In this document: positions 1 through 13,413 of the stretch, piece by piece
How the letters are laid out: each line of letters begins with the position of its first letter
Position numbering within the stretch: the first letter of the stretch is position 1
Assembly: GCA_024626585.2 (NCBI GenBank)
Contig: JANKJI020000001.1
Coordinates: forward strand, 4,467,113 to 4,488,728
From: Ginkgo biloba
Taxonomy: Eukaryota > Plantae > Ginkgophyta
Direction of reading: 5' to 3'
DNA: 21,616 nt
The notes under the pieces: model-generated
Seen by the model: the letters and a program-made list of their open reading frames with translations, nothing else
Told to the model about the DNA's origin: nothing
The model's database searches: none
Translations under genes and position numbers: made by a program

Positions 1-335
1 TTTAGAAATAAATGCTTCACTAAATCCTCTTGGAACTCGCAAAGATCACATATGGATAGACCATTGATCCCCCTCCACTTAAGATTATCTTCTATGAGAA
101 TAACATTATGAAAGATCAACCACACCAGGAAGTTAACCTTTGGAAAATCCAAAAAGTCCCAAAGGGTCATCCATTTTTTGTCAGTAATTCCTCCCCTTTT
201 TTTATCCAACACCTCATAACCACCTTTAACCAAACAAGAGTTACAACCTTAAACTATGACCCATGCTAAGTTGTCCTCCTCCTCAGAAAGAAAGGGATCC
301 CTCTTATCCAAAATCTCAAGCAACTTTTGGTATAC
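1..335 (-). mobile_element. L1-type LINE ORF2, C-terminal zf-RVT region (degenerate, runs off window edge)
   Basis: Minus-strand manual translation gives DNLAW..VKGGYEVL, then FPKVNFLVWLIFHNVILIEDNLKWRGINGLSICDLCEFQEDLVKHLFL. This matches the plant LINE zf-RVT pattern (PKV.FF.W...DNL..RG...C.LC...E...HLF). A stop and a frameshift are present. Confidence 0.85.
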
Positions 336-343
336 ACTTGATT

Positions 344-1790
344 TGTATCTTAATGAGTGAGTTAAAATCTCCCAATGTTATTAAATATGGATTCTTCATT
401 TTAATTTGTTTTCAACAAAATAAATACAATTCTGTGTTTGAACATGCATATAATCCCATCAAACTTGAATCTAAAAATTCAAGAGAAAAAATAAATGGAC
501 ACACACACATATTTACATAGATATAATAACATTTTTAATTAGAGAAGCCCTCATGGGGAATAAAACTCCAGATTGGTATAAAAACTCTCCTTCAACAAGA
601 GATTACAATTCATATGCCTATACCTCTATCTTGAGATGAAACTCATAGGTCTTTACCCAAAAATTNNNNNNNNNNNNNNNNNNNNNNNNNNNNNNNNNNN
701 NNNNNNNNNNNNNNNNNNNNNNNNNNNNNNNNNNNNNNNNNNNNNNNNNNNNNCTTCTCGTAGAATAATTCCCTAGCTTTTGCCTCTATGGCTTAGTTCT
801 CTCCTCTTTATCTACTCACTCTTGATTGCTCTCTAGATCTCTATCTTCTATCTCTTAGTGTTCCACTTCATTTTTGCTCTCATTCAATTTGTCAACTATT
901 GAAGGAAGTTAAATCGTTTCTTAAAAATTGATTTATTTTCTTCCCTTTTTCTCTCTTTTAACTTTTGAGATTTCCCAAAATCTCAAAACTCTATTTAATT
1001 ACATTTTGGGTCCATTAAATCAGACATTTATGAAGGTGTTAGGAANNNNNNNNNNNNNNNNNNNNNNNNNNNNNNNNNNNNNNNNNNNNNNNNNNNNNNN
1101 NNNNNNNNNNNNNNNNNNNNNNNNNNNNNNNNNNNNNNNNNNNNNNNNNNNNNNNNNNNNNNNNNNNNNNNNNNNNNNNNNNNNNNNNNNNNNNNNNNNN
1201 NNNNNNNNNTGATTTTTTAATCTATTGATGTCAAAAAATTTATAAAAGTGTTCGAAAATGCACTCACAAGAACTCCAAAGCCCAATAGCCTGAAGTCTCA
1301 AAATCCTGATAATCCAAAAAGTCAAAGTCTAAGAAAGTAAAAAAAATGACCAAGTGTTGGAGAAAGAAAAAATTTAACTAATCCCCATTTTAGGATGTTT
1401 GATGAGGGTCTTAGCAGCATCTGGCAACTAATAAAGAAGTTGGACCCTAGATGATCTTAAACTTCCAACCTTAATAGAAAATTTATTATTTTTTTTGGCA
1501 ATTACAACTTATATCATAACTTTTGATCCATAGCTCTATTTTATGTGATCTTAGGCTCATTTTAAATATTATAGGAAATACTACAAATTTTCCCTTGTGG
1601 ACCTTTAGTTGAATCTACACATATTTTTCTCAAATCCAACTGCAAATTGGTTTTTTATTAAAATTTTACAAAATCAGTTTTTGGATCCAAAAATGGATAA
1701 ATACTACTTAGTGCCACTAGAAGATCCAACCAATCTTGCAACCATTTCCAAGAGCACACATAGAGATATATTTTATGGATTTTTACAACA
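344..1790. mobile_element. Probable solo LTR / LTR-derived insertion interrupting the LINE
   Basis: LINE homology stops near 335 and resumes near 1800. The intervening non-coding block starts TGTATC and ends TTTTACAACA (TG..CA). Flanks TGATT (339-343) and TGTTT (1791-1795) match 4/5. Contains two N gaps. Confidence 0.5.
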
Positions 1791-1795
1791 TGTTT

Positions 1796-3555
1796 CTTAA
1801 CATAGTCCTCCATCCTCCAAAGTCCTCTATCTATAAACCACTCCCTCAACGGGTATAATTCTAGCTCCTTTCTCAATGGGATCCCTTCAATTAAGGCTAT
1901 GTTGAACAAATGAATGCTCCTTCCATCTCCCAGTATCCAAGATAAGTATTCTTGAATCAAGGGCATCCCTTGGATGATGTTCCTCCATAAAATAGATCCT
2001 GAACAATGAGGGATTAAATCCCTTAAGAAAGATATCCTCGGGACCCCCCACAACACTTATTGATCAAAATGACCTTCCAAATAATTAAAGGACTTGTTCC
2101 TAGTCTCTAAGCTTGCTTAGCTCCAAGGGATACTACCATATCCTCTATCTTATAAATCCTCATACCTCCTTCTTTCTTGGATTTATAGTTAGTATCCCAG
2201 CTCAACAAATGAATTCTCTGCTTCTCCTTCCCTCCTTTCTATAGAAATGACCTCATGATCTTCTTAAACTCCTCAAGAAATCCTTTAAAAGTTGCCATAC
2301 AAGAGAATCAAAAAATAGGAAAGGAGGCTAGCACTGACTTAATTAAGGTCACCTTCCCTACTAAGGTGATTCATATTAAGGATCAACCTTCAATTCTTTT
2401 ACGAAACTTATTAAGCAAGGGAAGCCAATCTTTGGTTTGCAATTAGTTAGGAGATAAAGGTGCTCCAAGGTATCTTGTTGGAGATTCTAAGATGCCCCTA
2501 TGAAACCCCAGAAACTTATAGATTATGTTGTGCAATATCTCTGATCCATTCATAAAAAAAATAAATCTTTTATTTTTATTTATTGAGCCTCCCAATGCTA
2601 ATAAGAACATGTTCAAAACCTCCTTAAAAAAGGTTGCATTTTCCAAGGAAGCTTTTCGTAATAGAATTATATCATCTATAAAATATACACAAGAGATTCA
2701 TTTGCAATTTGAAGTTACCTCCACTCTAATTAGAGAACCCTGCTAAGATTTGATTTCTATAAGTCTACCCAATGCTTCAACTTCCAACATTAATAAGATT
2801 GGGTATACTAAGCAACCCTGTATAATACCCTTGGTACCTCTAAAGTAACTAGTTGGGATATCATTCACCAAAATTAAGAAGCATGGGTTAGTGATGCATC
2901 CCTCTGCCTAACTCCTCCACTCACTAAAAAAAATAAAATTCTCCAAAACAATGAGGAGGAAGTGCTTGTCTAACTAGTCATAGGCCTTAACCATATCTAG
3001 TTTAATAAACATCATTATGTCCTTCCTTAGTTTTGCTAAATGAAGAGCCTCTTAATCCAACATAATGCTATCTGCTATTTACTTTCCTTGGGTAAAATCC
3101 TCTTTCTCTTCTGAAATTAGCCTTAGAATGATCTTCCTTAGCCTATTTACCATCACCTTCGAGATTATTTTGTAACAAACATTGCATAATAAAATTGGTC
3201 TGAATCTGTAAAAGGAGCTTGGATTTTTGTCTTTTGGAATTAATGCGATGAAAGTGGAGTTTGTACTCTCCAATGCTCTACCTAATCTTCTCGACTCTTC
3301 ATAGTAATTTAACAAATCTCCTTTGATCATTTCCCAACTATCCTTGTAGAAATTAACCTAAAATCCATTGGGACCTAGAGATTTATCATCCTTCATACTA
3401 AAGACCACTTCTTTTAATTCCTCTAGCGAAATTTATTTCATCTAGCCCTCATTGTCTTCATGATTCACCAATTTTGGAATCACCTATAGGATCTCCTCTT
3501 GAGAAGGAACTCTCCCCACCTGTTCTTTGGTCATAAGGGATGCAAAATACCTAAA
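1796..3555 (-). mobile_element. L1-type LINE ORF2 reverse transcriptase region, pseudogenised
   Basis: Collinear motifs on minus strand: DKSLGPNGF (~3361-3390, KSPGPDGF-like), NSTFIALIPK..FRPILLCNVCYKIISK (ORF 3079-3330), IKLDMVKAYD (~2978-3007), KGIIQGC, YFIDD (~2672-2686, degenerate YADD/FADD), YLGAPL, GKVTLIKSVLAS, KKEGG, WILGDGRSI. Many stops and frameshifts. Confidence 0.92.
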
Positions 3556-4466
3556 TGATAAGCGACTATTTCATTTATCAAAATTTAGTAATTTGGCGAG
3601 TATGGCAATGAAGGTTGTTGACAAAAAGAATATGACTTCAAGATCGAATCAACCCTCCTAACCATCTTAATGACATTTCTGTTTACCCTTGTGAATTTCT
3701 TTTTCTTATAGTGCATGTAAGATAAACTATGTTAATGATCAAGTTCAAATGTATTACCAATCACTCAATGACTAGTAACTATAAGTCACTAGTATGTAGT
3801 GTGTTTCCTAGTCANNNNNNNNNNNNNNNNNNNNNNNNNNNNNNNNNNNNNNNNNNNNNNNNNNNNNNNNNNNNNNNNNNNNNNNNNNNNNNNNNNNNNN
3901 NNNNNNNNNNNNNNTTTGAGGGCCCAAGGATTTTTAACCAGGACTAGAGTAAAAACATTGAGTATCTTGGAGATGAACATGAAACCCGAAATCCTTATCC
4001 TAAGGCCATAAAGGAAAGAAATTATTATTATCCAAACTAGGGATTCAATGCATACACTCCACACCTTCCTCTGTAATATGTGTATACTATATAATTTCTA
4101 CCTATAAATAATCATCCATATTTTCCCTAACCTTAATCACCATAGTATGTATAGAATGATGCTCATCAAAATCCAAGTCTACCCTCTCCACCTCCCAAAA
4201 TCTAGCAACAAAATCAATTCCCTCCATAAAGTATGCCTCTAAATCTTCCCCTTCAAGGTGGAATCCCTACCCAACCCATTCCAAATTCTACTAAAAATAA
4301 ATACTATGCAAGGACCTATACAACCAAAGTGAACTTGAGCACCATGGATGTTATCGATCTTTCTTCTTTCGATCCTTTACAAGGTGTTGAAAGAGCATCA
4401 TTACTAGATTGTATAAATTGCTCTTAGACTAAGTAAAAATTTATCTTCTAAAAATCCAAAGTATAG

Positions 4467-4819
4467 TGTTGTGATTTAAGAGGTAGATGATAAGATTATT
4501 AGAATATTTAATGTTTATATGTTATAACCGGGGTCATAATCTAATGTTATGACACCTAATACATTTAATAAGGGTTAATGTGTCACAGGGTTGAGTCATC
4601 CTTAGGTCACTTCTTAGAATGACACATGTCTAGACATGTGGAGGATCATAAATTGATCGTTATATACTGTAATATGTATATAAATATGTAAAGGCTTTGT
4701 ACATATGCATTGAGGCATGACAACTTTAATGAAATGAAGGTAGACTAATCTACCAAATTTTTGGTGTTGTCTTCTCTGTCTATTTGATGTTAGATCAATT
4801 TTAACTTCATATTTTAACG
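4467..4819 (+). mobile_element. 5' LTR of an LTR retrotransposon
   Basis: Starts TGTTG and ends TTTTAACG (CA mutated to CG). Contains a TATA-like TATATAAATA near 4677 and is followed after 2 nt by a tRNA-Met PBS. Confidence 0.65.
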
Positions 4820-4821
4820 TT

Positions 4822-4833
4822 TGGTATCAAAGC
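4822..4833 (+). promoter_or_regulatory. Primer-binding site (tRNA-iMet type)
   Basis: TGGTATCAAAGC, 11/12 match to canonical TGGTATCAGAGC, directly after the LTR end. Confidence 0.8.
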
Positions 4834-7800
4834 TGAGGGATAAATCCTTAGCCCAAATAGTGCAAGGTTCATAAATTAAGTGAATCTATGATTATTTTTG
4901 GGCTTAAACAGTGTAAGGAGAATTATTATCTAGTGTGAGGGATTTTCAGTATTGAATTTATGGTTCATGTATTAATGCACGTAGCAGACATGATTATGAA
5001 TAAATGTTTATGAAATGAATCCCGTGGATAGATAATCTCTATTATAATGTTGTAATAAGAATTTTGATTATAGAATGAATGGGAGGTTGCTCGAGAGAAA
5101 CTAGATTCTCTGTGACAAGGAGAAGCTCATTACAACACAAATGGCTCTAGTTGCTGCAAATACTATTGAGAGTTCTTGATCCACCCCATGTGGAGGAAAC
5201 ACTATTGTATGAGAGTAGATTTGGTAGAGGAGTTTGGTGGAGGAATTGAAGACCATCAATTTGGAGTCCGCTTCTTGAGTGGGTATTGCCTAGTTATAAA
5301 ATAATTACCACAAATGTTGGAAGGCACTTGGGAGAATAACTCCATCTATGGAGAAGTGAGATGCACAAAACACTGTATAAGGAGGAATTCATTTGATATG
5401 AATCGATTGTGAGGATGTCATAGTGGGAAGAGAATGTATCTATTGATATCAAAGTGCCTCACCTGTCTATGGAGGAGCAAATATCATAGGGACGAACGAG
5501 TTGTGCAATGAGAGGAAACCAAAGTAGAAGATTCCATCACGTTGATGGTTGGAAATTGATTTGCAAACCTATGAATGATAGATGCGGGTGAAAACTAGTG
5601 AGGAGCAGGTATTGAGGAGATGCCAATGAAGGTGAGCCATGAATGAACTGCCAGTAGAGGCCTTCGACGGGAGGAGCTGTAAGGAAGTGTGAAGCCTGTT
5701 GGAATATCATTAGGGGAAGCATGTAACAAACTTGACAAAAAGGCCACATCAAGAAACCTTGAAGAATTTGGAGTATCTTAACTAAGCTATACGTGGAGGA
5801 GATTAATCGCTTCAGGGAATAATTAAATCACAAATACGATGAAAAATCCAAAAATTAAGTGATCGGTTGCGCCATAGGCCGATGCAATAATTTTTTTTTC
5901 CCTAAGTTAAAAAAAAATTAGAATAAATAAAAAATTAGAAAGTGTTTAATTTAAGCCTTGCCCTCGGTCATACGGAGAAAAAGAGCTAACCCAAATTTTG
6001 GATTAATTAGCTGTCCTTTTTTGAATTATGAAAACACATTTGGATTTTAGATGCGATAGTCATGTAGAAGGTGCAGGGGAAGACGCATCCAAATTTTGGC
6101 CAAATTTACAATTTCTAAAGTCGACTTGGTAAAAAAATTAAAAGGAGCAAATATCTTTTCAACTAGTGGTAATGTGCAGCATTTATATGACCCTAATTCT
6201 CCTCAAAAGGGGTTTTAGTCTTTTATTTGCCATTTAATGCTCATGCCTTACATGTATTTTAGTTAATTTTGGCAAACGCATCGCCATACACTATTCTTAT
6301 CATCATCCATCTCTTTCTCATCCTTTCTTTATATAACATCACATGTTTCACATTTATGTATCCATCTAAACCAAAAACATCGGAAGNNNNNNNNNNNNNN
6401 NNNNNNNNNNNNNNNNNNNNNNNNNNNNNNNNNNNNNNNNNNNNNNNNNNNNNNNNNNNNNNNNNNNNNNNNNNNNNNNNNNNNNNAAAAACCATGGGAG
6501 TCTTTAGGGATGCCACTGCTTGTTGGAAGTTATAAATGCCAGGTCTGGTGGTGTATGTTTAGATCTGTAATGGGTCTATGAAGGTCGTAGGTTATGAGGG
6601 CCTTAAGGTTATAGACCAATAGACACCATGGTTGTAGGAGTAAGGTGAATTATTGGAGAATGCCATAGTAAGTCACCATATGATTAAAGTTCACATTGTG
6701 AGAGAGCTTGAGCAGGTGCTAGGGTTGAGGACATTGATCACCGGATCAATGTGGTTGCAACACAAAACATGAGACATTGTAGGCATATCGATCACCATAG
6801 GAAGATCATCAAAGACTTGGAAAATCTATGATGCCAAGGGAGTAGTGAGAAGTCAATGTGGGATGCCTGAGCCATTCCAAAACCTAAAAAATGACAAGGA
6901 AATCAGAAAAAAATCCTTGCTCAAAGCACAATAGGTGCAGAAAGACGACATAATTCCTAAAAATTAAAAAAAAATCATTTTTTTTCTAAAGTAAAGACTT
7001 AATTAAATTGGATTAGACATTTATTTGAAATTGAATAATTTAAAAAAATATTAGCATTCCTTGTGGTCACATGGAGAAATGAGTTATTCCCTTTTTTCTA
7101 ACGATCAGACAATCATATATGAAAACCAAAAATACCACCAAATACCATTTTCAATTATTTATCACTTAGATGAGGTCATATGGACTATGTGCTAGCTACC
7201 TTCATGTAGATGAAAATTTTTATGTTCATTGATTGATTTTGGCACCCTACGAGGTGACCAAAGACATAAATTTTTGCCCAAAATAATAAATATATTAAAA
7301 GATACACTCATAAAAACACTTAAAATTAAATCATTTCTGCAAAACACTCTTCTTCTTATTCTTTCTTGTTGGATTTCTCTGAAGTGGAAATACTCCCCCA
7401 TGAAGTTATTACGCATGCATATACAAACTCGGTCTTTAAAATAGAGCCGACCTACTATTGGTGTATCATGTAATGAGAAGCTGAGGTCAAGATAAGGAGG
7501 ATATAAGGAGAACTGGGAGTCCTAGTTACTTGAGTATCAACACCCTTAATAGCATATATGTTGTTTGTTATAAGTTGGTATGTACCTATATTTATTGAGA
7601 TTCAGTTTCCCATACTACTACGGTATATTAAAACCTTACTCCTCAATTTGTAGTGTACCAAAACCTACATACCTCAGATAGACGTTATTCAACACAAGGG
7701 ATGGAAACTTAACTAGTTCATTAGGGGTGTAATATATATTATNNNNNNNNNNNNNNNNNNNNNNNNNNNNNNNNNNNNNNNNNNNNNNNNNNNNNNNNNN

Positions 7801-7869
7801 NNNNNNNNNNNNNNNNNNNNNNNNNNNNNNNNNNNNNNNNNNNNNNNNNNNNNNNNNNNNNNATTACCT

Positions 7870-8392
7870 ATGGAAGTACATGGATGAATTCACAAAGTTT
7901 GATAAGGATGATACTAAATAGATAGATGTGATTCATGCAAAGTGTAGAATAACCCTAGGGCTTATCAAATTGTCTATTGGTGGCAACTTGATCCTGAATG
8001 GCAAGGATGCCAAGACACTAAAGGAGGCATGGATGGTGATCACCTCATTATTAAAAAATAAGAATGATGTCAGAGTATTAACATTAAGGAGTCAGCTATA
8101 TAGTATCAAACTATGTGGATCAATCATAAAAAATCTGCAATAGGTCAAGGGTATCTAAGACCAGTCAAGCACCACTGAATAGAAGGTCAAAGATACTAAA
8201 TTGATCACTTTCATGTTGAGGAATCTACCAACAAGCTATGAGAGCTTCATAACAAGATTGACCATTGCTAGAAGATTGGTGACTCTAAAATTTAGTGAGT
8301 TAGAAGGAATTTTTCTTCAAAATGAGAAGATGTTGCATGACCATAATGAGGAGACATATGGTACATTCAAAGCCAGAATGAAGGGGAAGTAG
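7870..8392 (+). mobile_element. Ty1/Copia gag fragment (Retrotran_gag_2/UBN2-like), pseudogenised
   Basis: ORFs 7928-8143 and 8201-8392 are in the same frame, separated by stops: LGLIKLSI..AKTLKEAW..RVLTLRSQLYSIK..MLRNLPTSYESFIT..KFSELEGIFLQNE. This matches the Copia gag pattern (T.KEAW, L..LP.SY..F, F.EL...LLQEE). Confidence 0.8.
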
Positions 8393-9599
8393 CCCGTAGT
8401 CCCTAAGAAGAGGTGTGTTCTACATGAATACAATGTTCAGTAGGAAATCTTGAAGGGATAGTATAAGTTGAAGTGCTGGCACTATGGAAAGATAGGGTTT
8501 CTAAGGAAGGATTATTGATTACTATAGAAGAAATAAAAATATTCATAGAAGGAACCGAAGTTGTAGAAGCAGAAGGGAAAGAAACAAGGTCACTCTTTGA
8601 AAGCNNNNNNNNNNNNNNNNNNNNNNNNNNNNNNNNNNNNNNNNNNNNNNNNNNNNNNNNNNNNNNNNNNNNNNNNNNNNNNNNNNNNNNNNNNNNNNNN
8701 NNNNTCATTATCTCTATTTCATTACAACCATCATTTTAAAGGTATGGCCATTTCTTCTTGAATTAGTTAAAAAAATATCCTTTCCGTGGCTACTCTAGTG
8801 CACTTTGTTTTCAGTGGAGATAGAACTATCAGATGGGGAGATGAGTTAAAACTAAAGCTTATGGCTAAGCCTGTGGAAGAGTGGTAGTTAGTAGTGAATC
8901 CTCTAGATGTGAAGTGCCAATGGATAAATCAATTGTAGTTGACATACTTGGTAAAAGACTATAAATGTTAAAGGAAATAAATGAGAAGATGGTAGAAACT
9001 CCATTCAAGAAAAGAGAGGTACAATTAAAAAATGAAAAGGTTTTTCTAGTTGCCACATTATTAATTAAAGAACAAATGGTGAGGAATATTTATAATGAAG
9101 AAGGGCTGGAGTATGTTTGTATGAACTAAGTGGATCATGACCCAAAAATAATATCATAGTTCATTAAGAAATTTAGGGAAGATAAAACTAGATTGAACGG
9201 AAGAAAATTTTACTAAAAAAAGAATTGATAACAAGATCCCAAAGATTACCAACTGATGAACAGTAGTGGATGAATGAGAAGGGTAACACTTCTTAATTTT
9301 AGAACCTGGTAATCAAGTTAGTGGGGGAGAAGGCATTGGAAGGTGTTAAAGGAGAGGGATTTTGAAGGTTTGCACTTCTAGACCCATGGAAGGGAGTTAT
9401 AGTAGTGGTTGGAGGAATTGTATGAAATAATGGCCATTTAAAAAATATGTTTGTTCCATCCCTCAAGATTCTATTGTCAATTAGGTATAAGAAACCTATG
9501 TATTATGCATATTTTATCATGGAGAGAAGAAAAATCTAATTTCTTGATAAGAAGGGAAGGGGCATGAAATCATATACCATGGTATGATACAATTAATTA

Positions 9600-10065
9600 T
9601 CAACCAAGTATTAGATGGCATATAAGTATTATGACCTTATGAAATGGGTATTGAAATTGTATAAGTTGTGGAAACCCTTTTGTGCGTAGTTGAAGGGTCA
9701 CATGAAGCTAGAGGATGAATGAGGAAGAGAAAAANNNNNNNNNNNNNNNNNNNNNNNNNNNNNNNNNNNNNNNNNNNNNNNNNNNNNNNNNNNNNNNNNN
9801 NNNNNNNNNNNNNNNNNNNNNNNNNNNNNNNNNNAAACTATAATGAATCATACAACATTCTACTTGCTCAATTATTCCAAAGGGAAATTTCAATAGAAGA
9901 CTATAAAAATAAATTTTAGATCCTTGAGTCAAAAGCAAGGATGAATGAGGAGGATGTGTGACAATTTTATATTGTAAATTTAAGGGCCAAGCTAAGATCT
10001 GATGTTAGAATATTTTCATTGGGAGCCCTTGAAAAAGTTATCTTCTATGTATGCCAAATAGAATA
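9600..10065 (+). mobile_element. Ty3/gypsy gag fragment (Retrotrans_gag-like), degenerate
   Basis: LKGHEARG before the gap, then QLFQREISIEDYKNKF*ILESKARMNEEDV*QFYIVNLRAKLRSDV after it. Resembles the major homology region L.Q...SVEEY..EF..L. Confidence 0.6.
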
Positions 10066-10175
10066 AAGACACCAAGACTTTAAAAAAAGATACTTCCTAG
10101 CTAAAATAAGGAACCTAAACAATGAATAAGGCAAGAGTCAACTAGAGAAACTACAAGCCAACAAAATCAATACGC

Positions 10176-11131
10176 TATTATACCCATTGATAGAAGTCTA
10201 AAGGTAAACATTTAATATGCAAAAGTGATGATAAAAAAGACAACAAGTAATTCTCTCTTTTATACTATTGTGATGGCCTCTATGTATAGCCAATATGGCT
10301 ATGTTCTTATCCATAACTAATTATGGTGAGTAATTTTGTCTGACATATCTCTAGAAAAGAAAGGTGTGTCGTTTCTTGTGAGCACCACGAATTTTCTTGA
10401 ATATGTTGCTCTTCTTATTGACATGCTATCATGGGTTTCTCCGTGAGTTGTAATTTTTTTTGTAAGCTGAGAACTCACAAAAATGATTCTGTGCATGTGT
10501 GGACTCTATACATAAAATGAGAAAGCAACCTAATAGCACTTAGTAGATCTACAAACCACTTATACGAAAATCTATAACTAGATTTTATAAACTCAAGGAT
10601 TACATAAGCAACCAAAGAATCTAACACTCAAGAATTTAAACAAGAACTTAATAAATCAAGCATTTGGACAAAGAAGAAACTCTCTTTCAATTACAAGTGT
10701 GCAAAGTATAAGAGTACAAAGATTACGAAGTATATGTACATGGCTTCTTTTATGTGGAATCCATTTACAAACATATTAACATATAAAAGGAAACATGCCG
10801 ATGCATAATACTACTGTACCATGCATATCATGCAAGGTAAATTAGACAACATCTAAAAAATCAAACACTTTATATCTTGCTTGTCCAAACAATCATGGAT
10901 TGATCTTCGTGCAATGATCCATGATTACTACATATAATGAGTTGTCATAGTGAGAGAAAATTGTAAATGGAAGAAAAACTCTCATAAATAAAAATTAATA
11001 AATACTAATAATCCTCTCATAGGATTAATAAATATTAACCCCTATAGGATTACTCATGGTCATATACCCCTAACTAGGCTATACCTCATGGGACCAAAGG
11101 CTATCCCTTCTTGGTTTTTGATGGAACAACA
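10176..11131 (-). repeat. 3' LTR (~0.95 kb) of minus-strand gypsy-derived element
   Basis: Left end is a diverged direct repeat of 13414-13620 (shared AAGGTAAA..TATGCAAAAGTGAYGATAAAAAA..TCTCTTTT..AATATGGCT). Right end reads TGTTGTTCCATC on the minus strand immediately after a polypurine tract. Confidence 0.75.
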
Positions 11132-11144
11132 CTTCCTCCCCTCC
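11132..11144 (-). promoter_or_regulatory. Polypurine tract (PPT)
   Basis: Minus strand GGAGGGGAGGAAG abutting the TGTTG LTR start. Confidence 0.75.
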
Positions 11145-11240
11145 AAGGAAGTGATGGACCTGTTGCTTAGTCCAACAAATGTGACAAGTATTTTTTCAAT
11201 CTATCCAAAGTAACCCACTTAACTTTATATGGATATTGAC

Positions 11241-11645
11241 CCTTCCTTCCAACAAGGAAGGAGTCCAATTTAGAAGGTCTTTTCTTCAATTGTCTACAAG
11301 TCTCCAAACTTAACTTAGTATCCTTCTTAAGTATACTAAAAAAAAACTTTCTAGAAGCTTTCACCAACAACTTAGCCTATGCACTAGNNNNNNNNNNNNN
11401 NNNNNNNNNNNNNNNNNNNNNNNNNNNNNNNNNNNNNNNNNNNNNNNNNNNNNNNNNNNNNNNNNNNNNNNNNNNNNNNNNNNNNNNTGAGTATTTATCC
11501 TTCCTTCCAACAAGGAATGAATCCAAAATATAAGACTTTGTCTTTGACTGTCTTTAAATCTCCAAACTCAACTCAATATACTTCCCAAGTATAGTCAAAA
11601 CAAACTTTCTAGAAGCTTGTACCAATCACTTGTCCTATGTAATAG
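11241..11645. repeat. 147-bp direct repeat (11241-11387 and 11499-11645) flanking a 100-N gap
   Basis: Ungapped manual alignment, 115/147 identical (~78%). Confidence 0.9.
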
Positions 11646-13399
11646 TGAAAAAATATTTGAGGATGAAAGGATCTCCTTCCTTCATAAGGAATAATATTGA
11701 TCTTCTTATCAATAAAAAATGGAATCGTAAGGAAGACACTCATGCAATCGATAGGAATCATATCACATGTAATCTCATCAATATACTCCTTAGTGATCGC
11801 AAACCAAAAATTGCACTGATGGATAATGTGATAACTCTCAACCTTATGTCTTCCATTGGTATTATATGGATATAGGTGATCATATATATCTAATCCTAAA
11901 TACTTTACCATGGAAGATAAAACTAAGTTCTTTTGAATACCACAATCAAGAATATCTACTACAATCTTGTCCTTAATTTGCAGTTGTAACATGAATAAAC
12001 TCTCTCAATCCTTACTCTTATCTTTGGTGTTAATAAGGGAAATTTATATATTAGGTTCTCCTAAAGTAGTATCAACTTTGGGTATTTTCCTCTTCTCTCT
12101 ATGTTTTCACTAATATATATATATTGGCACCATTTTTGGATGAATCTTATAACAATATTCTTCGTCATGTGCCTATCTACTATAATATCTACATGTATTC
12201 GACTTGTCATAAAATATCTTCTTTCTAAAACTTGTCTTCTTATTAAAACCTATCTTCTTCCTATTAAAACCTCTCTTCCTTATTCCTGTACTACTAGAAT
12301 AAGTAGATAAAGTAGATTAGGTAGTATAAATGATATAATCCTTCTTCTTATCCCTATGAATACTTATTCTTAGCTTCAATCTTTGAGGAAAGCCTATATG
12401 TATCATGAATAGGGTAGAGTGGGAATAACTCCACCTCATGTCTCAAGTGATTATGTAGACCTCTTATTAACTTGAGAACCATGTTATAAATTANNNNNNN
12501 NNNNNNNNNNNNNNNNNNNNNNNNNNNNNNNNNNNNNNNNNNNNNNNATTCTCCAAACTCTAACCCGCCTTATAAGAGATGATGCCACTTTAGGAAAATC
12601 TCATCTTCATACCCAAGAGGATAGAAATTTTTTCTTAATTCTTTTTTCTCTATCCAATAAGTAATTGGAGGTCCCCCCCCCTCCACCCCTTCTAAAATCT
12701 CATATATAAATAATTCTACTAAATAAGAACATTCATTTCCATCTTTAACATAACAAAGGAGACTTGTGTTCATCTTTGTATGAATAAAAAAAAAATATAT
12801 CCATAGCTTATATCCAAGTGTCTAAAGACTTAGCATTAATCCTCCTATCAAAGACCTCAATATCCACCTTTGAATCAACTCATAAGGGGTGATGTGATAC
12901 TAATGGACTTGTGGTATAAGTGAAATCATGTTGGGAAGTACTAGGAACATAATATAAAGGAGAAGGTAAGGAAGTAGTTGCCATTGGTGATGGAACAACT
13001 AAAAATGAAGCACTCAAAGCTATAAGTTGTGTTTACATTTTTCTACATAAGTTCAAGTATCTCTCCTATATAATATCAACTTTCCTTTTGTTCCTTTCGC
13101 ATCCTTCAACCAAAAAATATATTTTATCCATACAATTCTCAAGAGTTCGCTCTGTAAAAATCCTCTAATTCACTCATCTAATAACTATATGTCTCTTCTA
13201 TTTTTGGTTATATTACAAAGGGATTTTTTTATGGTGGAATCCCCTATCTTATTCTTTATCCTATGCCTTCCTCTCTATCTATGTTTAGGACTATAATCTT
13301 AACCATTTATCTATTGGATATCACATGAAAGAAGCAAAAAGTTTAAAATTGGAAGAAAAAAAAGAAAACTAATTTTCTCACCTAACTCAAAGCAACCGT

Positions 13400-13411
13400 G
13401 TTCTAATACCA
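13400..13411 (-). promoter_or_regulatory. Primer-binding site (tRNA-iMet type), degenerate
   Basis: Minus strand TGGTATTAGAAC (10/12 vs TGGTATCAGAGC), 2 nt from the LTR end ...TATATCA. Confidence 0.75.
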
Positions 13412-13413
13412 AA

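Noticed and set aside
4060-4460. Possible LINE ORF1 (DUF4283-like) remnant
   Set aside because: Neither strand gave a convincing motif on manual translation.
9448-9592. TGTTTGTTCCATC plus TGGTATGATAC as an LTR start and PBS for the 9.6-kb gag
   Set aside because: Matches are short and degenerate, and the implied LTR (~130 bp) does not align with the 10176-11131 LTR.
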